Below are positions 1-12,000 of a stretch of DNA of 64,000 nt, in pieces. Below the pieces are notes generated by a model. That model was not told where the DNA came from and searched no databases. It worked only from the letters and a program-made list of their open reading frames with translations. The first letter of the stretch is position 1. Each line of letters opens with the position of its first letter. A program made the translations under genes and the position numbers. Source of the DNA: Basidiobolus meristosporus CBS 931.73 (lineage: Eukaryota > Fungi > Basidiobolomycota); contig MCFE01000505.1 of NCBI GenBank assembly GCA_002104905.1, forward strand, positions 1-64,000, written 5' to 3'.

Positions 1-385
1 CAGGATTAGTCAGTATGAACATTTAGCTGAGTGGGAGTGTTGTAAAATTTGTATTTCCACCTAAATATTCATCTAACTTAGTCACTTAGATCATTACCTT
101 CATATCCTACAGAATACTGACCAAATTCCTTGTTGGGATTTACTTAGAATATTTTCACCAAAATACCAGGTACCCAGAACATGAAAATTCTCAAAGTTGT
201 CCAAACAGCCCCAAACTTTGCACACATGTTCTTGGGACATTTCTTAGCCTATTCTATGTGTTTGTAATGCCTAGATCAGGTAAAAGTATAAATACTACTT
301 TTACATTCAATAAATCATTAAGTGAAAACCAGATAATCTACTTGTTCACCCAATCACTTCCAATATCTCCAAGACACTTACAACA
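1..385 (+). mobile_element. 3' end of a Ty1/copia element: pol tail, polypurine tract and 3' LTR (LTR 38-385)
   Basis: The LTR starts TGTTGTAA at 38 and ends TTACAACA at 385 (348 bp). It is preceded by the purine tract GAGTGGGAG and is near-identical to the LTR at 61947-62296, which fronts an intact copia gag-pol. Confidence 0.9.
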
Positions 386-784
386 ATGATAACATTCTCA
401 TCAGTAGTAAGTACACCCACAGATTCCATCTCATCTACCAGCAAGGTAATTCTGTTGATTAGATTTTACATTTCTTCTCCTAGCAGCATCTTTGTAGTCA
501 AGAATTTTTGTATAAGATGCATTTTCTTAGCAGCTGAACATGACTGGTATGTATCTTCTAATACCTTCTAGGCATTCTTTACCATTTTTGCTCTTGCGCA
601 TTAAGTTAGCAATGTCTTTGATGCTTAGGCAAATGCATGTAAAGGCACTTTATTCTTTCTTCTGGTACTTTAAGGCTTCTTCTACATTTTTAGGAGGGCA
701 TTATTTTCCCATGTCTACATCCCAAAGACCTCTTTCTTGTCACAGCATCTTCATCTTCACCTCCTGCACTTGGTAGTTTGATCC
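386..784 (-). pseudogene. Degenerate copia gag fragment (same family as 62328-64000)
   Basis: The reverse complement aligns by eye to about 62378-62790, with nonsense changes (e.g. TGG>TAG, CAA>TAA) and small deletions. Confidence 0.9.
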
Positions 785-1295
785 TGTTGTAAAAATTTAT
801 ATTTCCACCTAAATATTCACCTAACTTAGTAACTTAGATCATCACCTTCATATCCTAGAGAATACTGACCAAATTCCTTGTGGGGATTTACTTAGAATAT
901 TTTCACCAAAATACCAGATACCCAGAACATGAAAATTCTCAAAGTTGTCCAAACAGCCCCAAACTTTGCACACATGTTCTTGGGACCTTTCTTAACCTAT
1001 TCTATGTGTTTGTAATGCCAAGACCATGTAAAAGTAGTATTTATACTTTTACATGGTCTTGGCATAATATATATGCAGAATAGGTTTAGGATGGTCCCAG
1101 GAGCATGTAGGTAATATTTGGGGTTATTTGAGCAACTTATCAAATTTTCATGCTCTGAGTTCCTGATGTTTTGGTGAAATTATTCCAAGTGAATCCTGCC
1201 AAGGAATTTGGTCAGTATTCTCTATGATCTGTAGGTAATGATCCAAGTAACCCAGCTAAGTGAATATTTAGGTGGAATTACAAGTTTTTACAACA
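785..1295. mobile_element. Fold-back structure: two 5' LTR halves joined in inverted orientation
   Basis: 785-1036 is the LTR 5' part on +; about 1037-1295 is an LTR 5' part on -. The ends are TGTTGTAAAA...TTTTACAACA, with a perfect 20-bp inverted repeat at 1017-1036/1044-1063. Confidence 0.88.
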
Positions 1296-2167
1296 GACTT
1301 AACATTTGAAGAATAGAACTAGATAAACCTTACACAACAATAATGTAAAGTGGTTACCAATTCCCATATCATCACAAGTAAAAAACTTTAAAAATCAACA
1401 GCTATGGCCTGTTGATGAAAAGAATACATGTATAAACTGAGTCTAGATTATACTCTAAAACTACTTACTCAGGCAGTTATCACAAATATATTTGATTAAT
1501 TCTGTCAGGAACCATATAGCAGATATCATGTTTTGATTCATATATCAAATCGTAATAGTCATGAATTTGGAAATGAATATCATACCAATTTGGTGATGAA
1601 TCTGTTGAACATATATGTATCTATCAACTGTTCCCATCCCAACTCTCCGTAAGCTGTCATAGATTCTGCCCTGGTGTAAACCTTACTTACTAGACAGATC
1701 ATAGTTATGCTCTGGCGATTCCATAAATTCTTGGGAGCCACCAGGGCTGACACATATTGGTCGAAATATCCAGCAGAAGGATCTATGCAACACAATTAGG
1801 CAATCGCTATGAATAAACACAAAAGGTTTACGGATGAGTTTTTCTTATTATCAGATAATCTGTGAAATGCATTCAAGATGGGCCAATTAGGTTGTGTCAT
1901 CGATCGGAACACGGTGATTTACTTGGGTGGAATCACAGGGGATCAAAATGTATAAAAGCAAGCAGTAGCCGTCAATAACAAATTGCTTTACAACCCGTCT
2001 TATTCACTGCACCAGCGCTTCAACCATGAGCTAGTGGAGGGGAAAGGATGGGGAGAGTTGGGTTCTATTGAACCGCGTTTCCTCATGGTCTTATGACAAG
2101 CCTTTGTGTCATCAGATCAACTAAGAGACGATAAATTCTTTCTATTTCGAATGAAAACAATAGTAGT

Positions 2168-3041
2168 TTACTTGTAACTTGGCATATACGGGTTAAGTTG
2201 AGGATCCCACGAGGATTGAGTGATTTTGCCAAGGTCCCACTCCCGTACCGTTGGTGTTGGGGATACCTCTTTCGATTTTTTCTTTTTCTTTTCCTTCTCC
2301 TTTTTGTGTTTCTTTTTCTTCTTTGAAGATTTCTTGGTGTCCTCAAACAGAGCGTAGTCTGGTATTGTACAATTATTATCCATGATGAACTCTTCGATGT
2401 CTAAACGCGGGTCATAGTCCTCTTGGAAATATTTATCCATTTTTGAGGGACCACTACTTCGTCGCTTCTCAGCCACTGCTTCAGTGGAGAATGAGTCTCG
2501 ACTGCCCTCTGATCTTCGACGTTTGGTGGTTTCTTCGTTAAGTGTGGGATATTCGTTTTCATTCGTCCTCTTTCGTTTGTCTTGCGAACGAGAACAGGAA
2601 TGGTATCGTTTGGTTTCTTGAGGGCTTGGGCTTCTATTTCTTCTAGAATCGTTCTCTTTGTACTCACGTACACGGTCGTGTTTGTGTCGTTGATCTCTTT
2701 CTCCCGAATACCGATTTTCACGTCTCCTCTGCCGATCTCTCTCAGCCTCTTGTCTCAACAAAGCTTGGTTGTGTCCGTCAGTGTTTCGGATCAGAGCGTT
2801 GAGGAATCGTGTGTTTGGTTTTGGCTTGCTGTGGGATTGTCGAGTTAGCAGTAGTAATTAGTAACTTACAACTTTGTGGTCGAGTTTACCTGCTTGAAGG
2901 AGAGCTCTTATAGACACCAACACCAAATGTCTGGTAGTCCAGCTCTTTAGCTTTACTCTCACGAGCTATTAGGGAGGCTACATACGCATCGAAATCCGGG
3001 ACCTCTAGTGAGTTCGAATTCGACTGGGCTGAACGAGACAT
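2168..3041 (-). CDS. Arg/Ser/Lys-rich nuclear protein of a conserved fungal family (often labelled splicing-factor-38B-like); 2 exons
   Basis: ATG at 3041, GT-AG intron 2889-2829 with a GCTAAC branch site. The spliced product has DAYVASLIARE...KPNTRFLNALIRNTDGHNQALL and C-terminal poly-K plus VREWDLGK. Confidence 0.7.
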
Positions 3042-3329
3042 GCAGGAAATGGTGAGAGGTATATCAGCACAGGTGGCTATATATATAAGGGATATTTTAT
3101 TATAACTTGCCCAAAATGATTTCCGTGTCTTCACCCTAAAATTGGAACCAACAAGGCCCAGTGGTCCACAGATCAGTAGGAATATTATCGAATTAACAAG
3201 GCCAAGTGGTTCACAAATCGGGATGATTATTTCTGATCAAAACACGTTTATTTGCGATCAAGACAGGAGAAGGAGAAAGGGCGTTGATTGTTATATATTG
3301 TTTTTGTGGCATTTGTGATTTTCTTCGGA

Positions 3330-6300
3330 CTATGGTTTATTTCCTGCAGTGGTGGTAGCATATGTAACAGGCGCAGGTTGGAAGGACGAGAATGGGTTCA
3401 ATCCGGGCACCGGCTTCCAGTTGTATTTCATTCCTACATTGTAGATATCTTCCAGAACTTGCTCAAAAAGACCCTGTTCCTTGAGCAGCAGATACTTCTT
3501 GTAAATCGCCAATGCCTTCAACAAAAGATGTTAGTGGATGTGGTGACAAGGGGAAAATCTTTAGCTTACCGTTCTAGCATCCTCAATACTATCGTGCATG
3601 TCAGTTTGGATGTCTTGATTAAGGAGGTACCAAGCCAGAAACTTGAGGGAGATCTTCCGGTGTCTGTTTTTGATGTGAAAGATATCTACGGTATCGATAA
3701 CTTGGCTCGGCGGGACAATGATGTTGATAATTCTAAAATCCTTGTTTAGGCCGTGGCCCACGAATATACTGCCCATATCCAAGAGCAGCCTCAGCTTCTT
3801 ATAGGCTGCTTTAAGAGGCACGACAGTATGCTTCGATAGCGATGGATCCAAGTCTCCGGCAGAGATCCCCGAATACTCAGTCAAATAGTCGACAACAGGC
3901 TCGGAAGTCGCGATGTAATCATCAATGAAGGGGATCATTTCCTTTGGCCCTTCCCCTCGCAGAACACTGACCCGGGCCAAGGCAAGACGGCTTGGGCGAA
4001 TGAGGCGTCTGGAGCCGTCACTCCAGATCTCGGTTTCTTCTTTCGTCATGGCAACAAATTCAGCATCGATACCACAGAGAAATCCCGGATTGGGCATTTC
4101 GTCGACCGTGAGCGGCTTGTATGATCTAGGGAGCTTATGGCGAAGCCTAGAGATGGAATAGTCTTTGAACAGAATTGTATTGTCCACCACGTCCGGGAGA
4201 GCGCTGACGTCGACCTTGGAACTCAGATCGGTCCGGACAAAATACAGCACTGATGGTGTCTTCCAGGGGTGTTTGAAGTTGGTCACCTCTTCTTCAGGGA
4301 TATTTTTCACCATAAAGTCATTGAAGTGATACCATTCACTTTTCCCGTCTTCCATCTCACTTTTCCCTACCTTGATGTGAGCTACCAGGTGGGCAATCTC
4401 CTTCTCGAATTGGATCTGAGAAACGACCGCGTAAAGTTCGTAGGTCGCCACATTCGACGCGCGCTCATTGTTCTCGTCATCGTGCACAGGAGGTTGTGGA
4501 GAGGGATTGGTAATGTGGACTTCATCTCCCTTTAACTCCATCTGTATAGCGAGGGGCAACCACGAGTTGGTGCCGGCGACAGCCGAACTTCGCCAGAGAT
4601 CTAGATTGCTCTGTGTGAGGGTGGAGCAGTTCACGCTGAATATGTTGGGCAGCTCCTGAAGGCTTTTCTTCTGTGTGCTAGATTGGTAGCGCTGGCATGA
4701 ATTGCACCAGGCCTTAGCTTGGGTTTGTCTACTAATACTCGATTGCAATATCTCCACCAGTGAACTGGGCTTGGGTGGGGAGGAGCTTGTAGTGGAGTTC
4801 TTGGGATAAACAAGATCGATCGCAAACGGGTACGTGGTACGATCGATCTGTGCACCACATAGGCACTTGTTCGATGACACCGTTTTGAGTCCAAATACTT
4901 GTTGAATGATTGACGGAAGGGTGGGGTCGTTGCCCGATATATCTTTTCGAACACAAATGTTAAGGCCCATGGCATTCGATTCTTGATGGAGCTGCTCCAG
5001 GATGAATCGGTTGAAGTTCTGGATCAGGGTAGAGTACGAGGTCTCAGCGGTGGGTTGGTCTGGCTCAAACAGTCCCAGGGCAACCGCCTGGGGAATCGTA
5101 CTGAAAGCACGCAAGAAATTGGTGGCTTGGCAGTTTCTTCCCTTCGCGTCCTCCAGCATCTGGAACAGGAATCCTAGTTCGCAGAGCAAGCAGAATTCCT
5201 TGGGACAATTCGATTTGACGTGGGACTTGGCGATGTTCTTCAACGTAGGTATGAAGAACAGCACTTGGAGCAACGAGTTACAGTATGAGTTGGTGATGTG
5301 GGTCTCCAACCCAGAGAAATGAGTTTTGTTGTAGTAGCCAAAGTCAAAATCCTCGACACCGAATCTACTGTATTTGATTTCCACCCGACGGTACAGCTTG
5401 AACACAGCCAACGGGTTATTCTGTAAAGAAATGTCCTCCTCTTTAGGCGATGCCAGTTCAGACTTCTTTCGGAGACGTCTGAGGTGCTTTTCTCGCTCTT
5501 GTTCGGAGCGGAATTTTGGTGTGTCGGAGCTTTTTCTATCTCTACCTGGCCTTGGAGGGATTTGATTACGAAGCCTTGTGCGGGGATTGGGGGCATATCC
5601 AACAAAATCAATGGTTTTCATGTTTTGCAGGACCTCAGGTTCTATCGAGGGCGCAGGCTTTCCAACCTCGAAGGTGAAGTGAGCGGGCCAGACTGAGAGC
5701 AGAGGCTCTGTATAATATGGCATCCCAACGGAGGACAGGGGGCTTCAAATTACAAAAGTTAGATGCTGGCGGCGATGCTGATTGCAGTATTCACTACCTC
5801 TCCTCGTCGACGATAACATCGGGGTACTCTACAGGGTCTGGCAACTCCAGAGGTCGGGAGTAATTGCTAGCAATCGGTTCATCACGGTCACTCCAGACAT
5901 GGACGATATTGGAGGCGTCGCCGAAGCCGATAAACTCGCCAGATACGGATGTGTCGAGGCAGTTGATGTAGCTGTTGACATTCACCTTGGCGAAGGGTAA
6001 ATCGTGGGGAAAGAGTGCTACACTACTAGTGAAATGCTTACCTGATGAAAGCATATGTCCGCTGATTGGTTCGATACATCGCAAAGCTGAAATTGACCAC
6101 TTTGGGAAGCAACAAACACTGAGGTCGGAATCTTCGGGTGAAATTTGATCATCGTTGGTCCCATAGGGAAGGCGATCGGGGGTAGAGGCTGCATGGTTCT
6201 TATGTCGTACACCTTCACAATCGGGTCACTTATCAAGCTGCCTGCTCTTTTGAAGTATTTGGCATTGTTAGGGGCGTTTATCAACGGCTGGCAGGGTGCG

Positions 6301-7121
6301 TGACTATTACCTGTATGAGAAACCACAGGTTATAAACAGATTTCCACTAACATCCAAGTCCGACATGGTTCCGGTATGCGCTTGGACTCGGTGCTCGGCC
6401 TTGAATGTGCGCGAGTCACGTAGCGTAACTTCACCTGAAGTGGATCCACAGCAAATCAAGCGCGAGCGTTTCATCACAAAGATGCCACTGTCAGTGTCAA
6501 TCTGAAGTAGGTTAATCTACCTGAGACGGGAAAGTATATCATTCTGGCGCTTACTTGGTTGATAATCGCTCCACGGTCGAGATTCACGACCAAAGTCCGG
6601 CTTTGATTTCCTGCGACAAACAGTTCTGATTGAGGAAGGGCGGAATTGACCATCGCGTGAAAGTCATGAACATGATCCCCTCTGCGTAAAATACTTTTAA
6701 TTTTTCCGCAGGATTGGTGGTGGGCTTTGCCAATACTCTCTACCTAACGATGCTTTGTGGGACGCCTCGTCGATTTGTCATGCGGATGCTGTTTGGTCCA
6801 AGTGAGATAACTGCTCGATCAGTAACCGTTATTTGCCTAACTGGTCCGGTATGTCCTTTGAAGCTAGTGTATTTTTCAAGAGTTTCTATGTCATAAGAGC
6901 ATACACGTCCCTTGTAATTGCAACCACATCAGTTCAAGAATCTTTACCATCAAACGAATCGCCAATTGCTAGAATTGAACATAGGGAAGGAAGAAGCCAC
7001 GTACGTTCTCATCACCAATCCAAATCAATTCAGCGTGCGGATCAAAGGCACATGTTGTTATTGGGAAGGCTGATACAGGATTGGGATCACAGATAGTGGC
7101 AAATTCATACCACTCTTCCAT
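3330..7121 (-). CDS. PAN2: PAN2 poly(A) nuclease catalytic subunit (WD40, inactive UCH, DEDDh exonuclease); multi-exon
   Basis: N-terminus MEEWYEF...AFDPHAELIWIGDENGRV; UCH-like GLETHITNSYCNSLLQ; exonuclease motifs GIDAEFV, GHGLNKDF and HDSIEDA. Introns are GT-AG, with the last exon at about 3330-3515. Confidence 0.95.
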
Positions 7122-7730
7122 TTCTTAATTGGTCTATCGAATACAGAGTATATTAGGACACGATGACAACTCGCCGGGGATGTAGCACCATCCAGGAAAA
7201 CGAAAGGTAATCTGGAATGGCCTAAAAAAATTCTCACCCTCTATAAACAAACCACTAAAGGAGCTTTTCTGATTGTTAGCAAACCCGTCACGAACCACAA
7301 GGAAAATAGAAGTGATCATTTAGATGGAATCGACATCCCATTACCATTCATGCATCGATTTGATTGGGAGTCGATGTTGGAGCCATCATGTGATCGGTGG
7401 AAAATGATATATATATGATTTTAATGTAAGTGGCCGAGAAGGTCTGTCGAAAGATGGTTAGGCGAGTTGAATCCATTATGCAATAAAAATATCATTTCAT
7501 ATACATGTTGATGTCGGTCGGTTGTAAATTTAAGGCAACGGAGGTGTGGAGCACAATTTTACGACAAAAAGCAACGGAGGTGTGGAGTGAAATTTAAACG
7601 ACAAAAAGGCGCCCCCATAGAGTCTCCACGATCGATGCCCTGCACATCCTATTTTTACATCGCCGACACCTCTATAAAACCCCCGCCAAGAGGCCATGAC
7701 TGACAACAAACTCAAGTTACCAACTCCACA

Positions 7731-8882
7731 ATGAAATCTTTCAACATCAATGCTATCTGCTTGCTGGCTCTTGGTGCTATTGCCATAACTACCGTTGAAG
7801 CTAGTCCTTTGGGATCTAAAGCTGTTGCTGGTGCTGAAAATGTTGCAAGGGAGGTTAACAATATTGTGCTTAATAACAACAACGAGGACTGGGAGAAATG
7901 TGACGAGCCCAAGCCTACTGACGACTGTGACGATGATGACGACCGTGATGATGATTGCGATGATGGCGATGATCATGGTAAATGTAAAGTTACTACTACT
8001 GTCAAGAAATGCGAGGCAACTTCTACCACCCCAGGAGAAAGTGGGGTTAGCTCCAGTGCTACAGGGGAGCCTACTTCGGGAGAGACACTTTCTGAACAGC
8101 CTACCTCTGAAGAGTCTTCATCTGCGGAACCTTCTTCAGGAGAGACACCTTCTGAGCAGCCTACCTCTGAAGAGTCTTCATCCGCGGAGCCTACTTCCGA
8201 GGAGCCCACATCTGAAGCTTCAACTTCTGAGGAGGCGACGTCTGAAGAGCCCACATCTGGAGCTTCAACTTCTGAGGAGGCGACGTCTGAAGAGCCCACA
8301 TCTGGAGCTTCAACTTCTGAGGAGGCGACGTCTGAAGAGCCCACATCTGGAGCTTCAACTTCTGAGGAGGCGACGTCTGAAGAGCCTACATCCGAAGAAG
8401 CAACCTCGGAACAACCCACTTCTGGAGAACCTACCTCGGAACAACCCACTTCTGAAGAGCCTACCTCAGAGCAACCTACCTCTGAAGAACCTTCCTCGGA
8501 GCAACCCACTTCTGAACAACCTACTTCTGAAGCCCCTTCCTCGGAGCAACCCACCTCTGAACAACCTACTTCTGAAGCCCCTTCCTCGGAGCAACCCACC
8601 TCTGAACAACCTACTTCTGAAGCCCCTTCCTCGGAGCAACCCACCTCTGAACAACCTACCTCAGAGCAACCTACTTCGGAACAATCAGCCTCCGAAACAA
8701 CACCAGCCGAATCGTCACCTACCACCCCTACTACTTCTCCAACTCTATTTGTTGCTCAACCAGTTGAAGATACAAAAGCCAAGGCTGATCATGTCAATAA
8801 GGTTAATGCCGGAGTATCGACTCACGCAAATTTAGCTATTGCAGCGGTTCTAGCTTTACCTGTAGCCCGTATGTTGGTATAG
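7731..8882 (+). CDS. Secreted, probably GPI-anchored Ser/Thr/Glu/Pro-rich mucin-like cell-surface protein
   Basis: 383-aa single ORF with a signal peptide, a short Cys/Asp-rich head, SEEPT/SEQPT repeats and a hydrophobic C-terminus (LAIAAVLALPVARMLV). Confidence 0.85.
   Translation: MKSFNINAICLLALGAIAITTVEASPLGSKAVAGAENVAREVNNIVLNNNNEDWEKCDEPKPTDDCDDDDDRDDDCDDGDDHGKCKVTTTVKKCEATSTTPGESGVSSSATGEPTSGETLSEQPTSEESSSAEPSSGETPSEQPTSEESSSAEPTSEEPTSEASTSEEATSEEPTSGASTSEEATSEEPTSGASTSEEATSEEPTSGASTSEEATSEEPTSEEATSEQPTSGEPTSEQPTSEEPTSEQPTSEEPSSEQPTSEQPTSEAPSSEQPTSEQPTSEAPSSEQPTSEQPTSEAPSSEQPTSEQPTSEQPTSEQSASETTPAESSPTTPTTSPTLFVAQPVEDTKAKADHVNKVNAGVSTHANLAIAAVLALPVARMLV
8080..8700 (+). repeat. Coding minisatellite: 15-nt units organised into 45-nt higher-order repeats
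   Basis: Three identical 45-nt units start at 8221, 8266 and 8311 (STSEEATSEEPTSGA). A second 45-nt set (SSEQPTSEQPTSEAP) runs from about 8493. Confidence 0.9.
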
Positions 8883-9027
8883 GTGGAATGTGATATAAAT
8901 TAAATAAAGTAGTATTTATATGTCTTTACTCAAAAACCCATATTTATATATATATATACAAGAACACAGTTAAAAAGTAAGCAAAATACACGCTCGACTA
9001 TTAACATATAAGTATTTAAGCGACTTT

Positions 9028-12000
9028 CTAAGCCCCTTCCTCTTCATCTTCTAACCAGATCATCTTCTGAATTTTCACTATTTCGTGATCAAGCGATTGT
9101 GTGTATCGTCTCTTGACAGTGGAAATACAGGGCGTACCCGAGGGCTTTTTGGCTGCCCTCGTAGGGGTGGACTTCTTCGATCCAATCGATACCAACAATG
9201 GATCCCAGTTAACTCGTTTTCGCTTGCAATCTTTGGTCCTCACACCATTGTTGGGATGCGCGGGCGCTTCTTCGATGATCTCAGTAATCTCCCGTCTTTG
9301 CTCCAACCTATCGATGAGCTTTTTGGTCGGACTAGGCGGTCTGGGAACTCCCATGCGGATGGGAACCAGCTGGAGAGTAGCTAGGTGATACCCAGAGTTG
9401 AACTGAGTAAGGTTCTTAGTTACGGCACGTACGTATGAGGCATTGACCTGGTTGAGGGGACGATCAAACGAAAAAGGTGGCTTGCGCTTCAAGGGATTTT
9501 CATTTGAAGCCTCGATTGTAATGACTTCGGAAAAGGGATCAGTTGGCTCGGCCTCACTCTCAGGCTCAGGCTCCGGTTCAGGAGTCACCTTGCGTCGACG
9601 TTTGCTGGTGCTTTTGGGAGTTACCACCTTGCTTGTTTCGGTCGGCTGAGCTACCTCAGACTGTACTTTCGTCTTGGAGCGAGTAGAACAACGAAGAGAA
9701 CGTCGAACATTTAGCGACTGATCAGGTGTAATACAATCTATCGGTTCGACAGGGGTGTCGGTTATTGAGTCTTCCGAAGGTAGTTCTTGTGGATGCTCTA
9801 GTAAATCTTGATCTGTATCCTTCTCCGGTGAGGATTTGGCCGATCTCAAGATTCGACGAGGGCCAGATTTGATTCCAACCTTCCTATCTAGTGACTTGCG
9901 TCTTCCAGCAGACATTCTCCTCTGATGTAAGGTATCCTGTAAATTCAACATGCTGTTTCGCTTGCGTGGGATGGAAAGTCTCCTGTTCCCTGACTCAGAA
10001 ATCTCTTTGTGACCATCCAACGTTGGTGCCTTTGGTGTCACCAGCAGATGGGCGTGAGTTACTTGTTCGCTAGTGGTCCCTATTTCAGTTTTGGTAGGGC
10101 CTTGGGAGCCTTCTCCTCTAGTTATTTCGCTATGATGGAAACTAGACTCCTGAGCCTTGGCTTCCTCAGCTGATTCCGAGTCACTCTTTTTGAAAGAAGA
10201 ATTGGTACTAATCTCATCATGATCGTGGATCTGGGGACTGCTTGGACAGGCAACCGTGCTATTGGTGCAACTCTCAATCTTCGGGCTATCTAGGGCGTTC
10301 GTTGCCAGACTATCTGGGCAATCTTCTTGGGAGTTCACCCGAGTCTCACTCTCGTGAATTATCTCTAATGTAACTACTTCCATGGCCATGTCGTCAGTAG
10401 GTTTGTCTTCATCCATTAAATCTGGTAGATTGATATCTTGAAGACTTTGACTCTTATCATGCAACTTCTCTTCCTCTTGTCGATTGTGATCAATTTGAGC
10501 ATTCACTGGATCTTCAAGAGTAACAACAGCATTTTGACCATGGGTGACTCCTGGGCAGTCAATCGGGTCACTGGAAACACTCATATCCATCACAAAGCCA
10601 TGGTGGTTTTGGATGTCTTCCCCCTGCGGATCATATTGATCTGGGCAGCTAGTCGAAATTTCAAGATCAAGAGCGTCTCCTGGAGAGTTGATCTGTTCTC
10701 CGAGGGTGCCCGGTTCACCCTTATTGTCATTAACCTCCTGTGAGTCCGCCTGTTCTTCAACAAACTCTGGAATTTGTTGATGGGAATTAAATTGCTCATC
10801 CGTATTTGTGCGATCGACAATCTCCATATAGCTATGGGCATCATCTTGAGAGCCCTGGTGACCTTCGAAGTTATTTGCATTACTAACATCTACTTGATGA
10901 TCTTCACGTTCTCCTTGTAGAGAGAGGACTTCGTCTTCAGGAGCATCTGAGTGAGCGGCAACGTCGGGATCAACTCGTGGATTGATTTGTTCGTCTGATA
11001 TCTCGATGCCCTCTTGGGCTTCATCTCCTTGAGTGCCTGCGGAAGCGGCATCACACTCAAGCTCTTGGATAGCACCCTGCGAAGAGTCAACCCACTCCGC
11101 AATCGTATTGGGGCAAAGGGTAGCATTCTCATCGATCTTACCGCGTCCTTGTAATTCCAGTGCGTTTATACAGGCAACAGTATCCTCACAAGCTTCATTA
11201 CCGTGAGAACAATTAACTTGCTCTTCAACGGTGTCTATGCATATGGTGGTGTTCTCGCTATCTTCATTGACTTTGTCCTGCGAAGAATCGGCTTGCTCTT
11301 CAGCAGTATCCGTACCAATGGCAGTATTCTCGCATTCTTCATTAACTTTGCCCTGTGAGGAATCGACTTGCTCTTCAACCATATCGGTGTCAATGGCAGT
11401 ATTCTCGCAAACTTCATTGACCTTGCCCTGTGAGGAATCGACTTGTTCCTTCAGCAACGTTTACATAATTAGCAGCCTTCTCCCGACCGACACTGTCCTG
11501 AAGAGAATCGATTTGTTCAGCAGTATCTGGGCCATTGTCAGCATCCTGGCAACTCTCATTGATGTATAGAGAATCGGCTCGTTCGGTATTGTCTACGCAA
11601 TTGGTAGCACTCTCACGGTCTTCATTATCCTGGGTAGAATCGAGATGTTCTTCAACCGCGTCTGTGCAAGTGGTTGTATCACCGCGGTATTCATTACTGT
11701 GCGGAGAATCGACACTTTCTTCAACTGTATCTGCGCAAGTAGCATAGCTCTCACGATCTTGAAGGATTTCTTGCACAGAGTCATCTTGCTCCTCAGCAAT
11801 ATCCATACTAGCAGCGGTGTTTTGATCGCTTTGAACGCCTTCTTGAGGAACGTCGATACTAGCACCTGGTTGCTTTTCAATATCTTCCTTCGAGTTGGCA
11901 TCACCTTGAGCCATCTGAGCGTTTGTAGCAACAAACACATGGCCTTCATTATCCTGATCCTGTGTGCTTGGCATGGCTTCTGAATCCATTCGATCAATGA

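Noticed and set aside
1580-1795. 71-aa ORF next to the LTR palindrome
   Set aside because: No true ATG, no recognisable motif, and no consistent exon chain.
5270-5310. Cys in the PAN2 UCH domain (NSYCNS) suggesting an active deubiquitinase
   Set aside because: Alignment to the USP Cys box puts Ser at the catalytic position; this is the usual inactive PAN2 pattern.
7535-7608. Repeat-spacer-repeat pattern resembling CRISPR
   Set aside because: Only two units, the 'spacers' are themselves similar, the context is eukaryotic, and there are no cas genes.
7795-8835. Long alternative-frame and antisense ORFs (346 aa, 250 aa) over the surface-protein gene
   Set aside because: By-products of the stop-free coding repeat.
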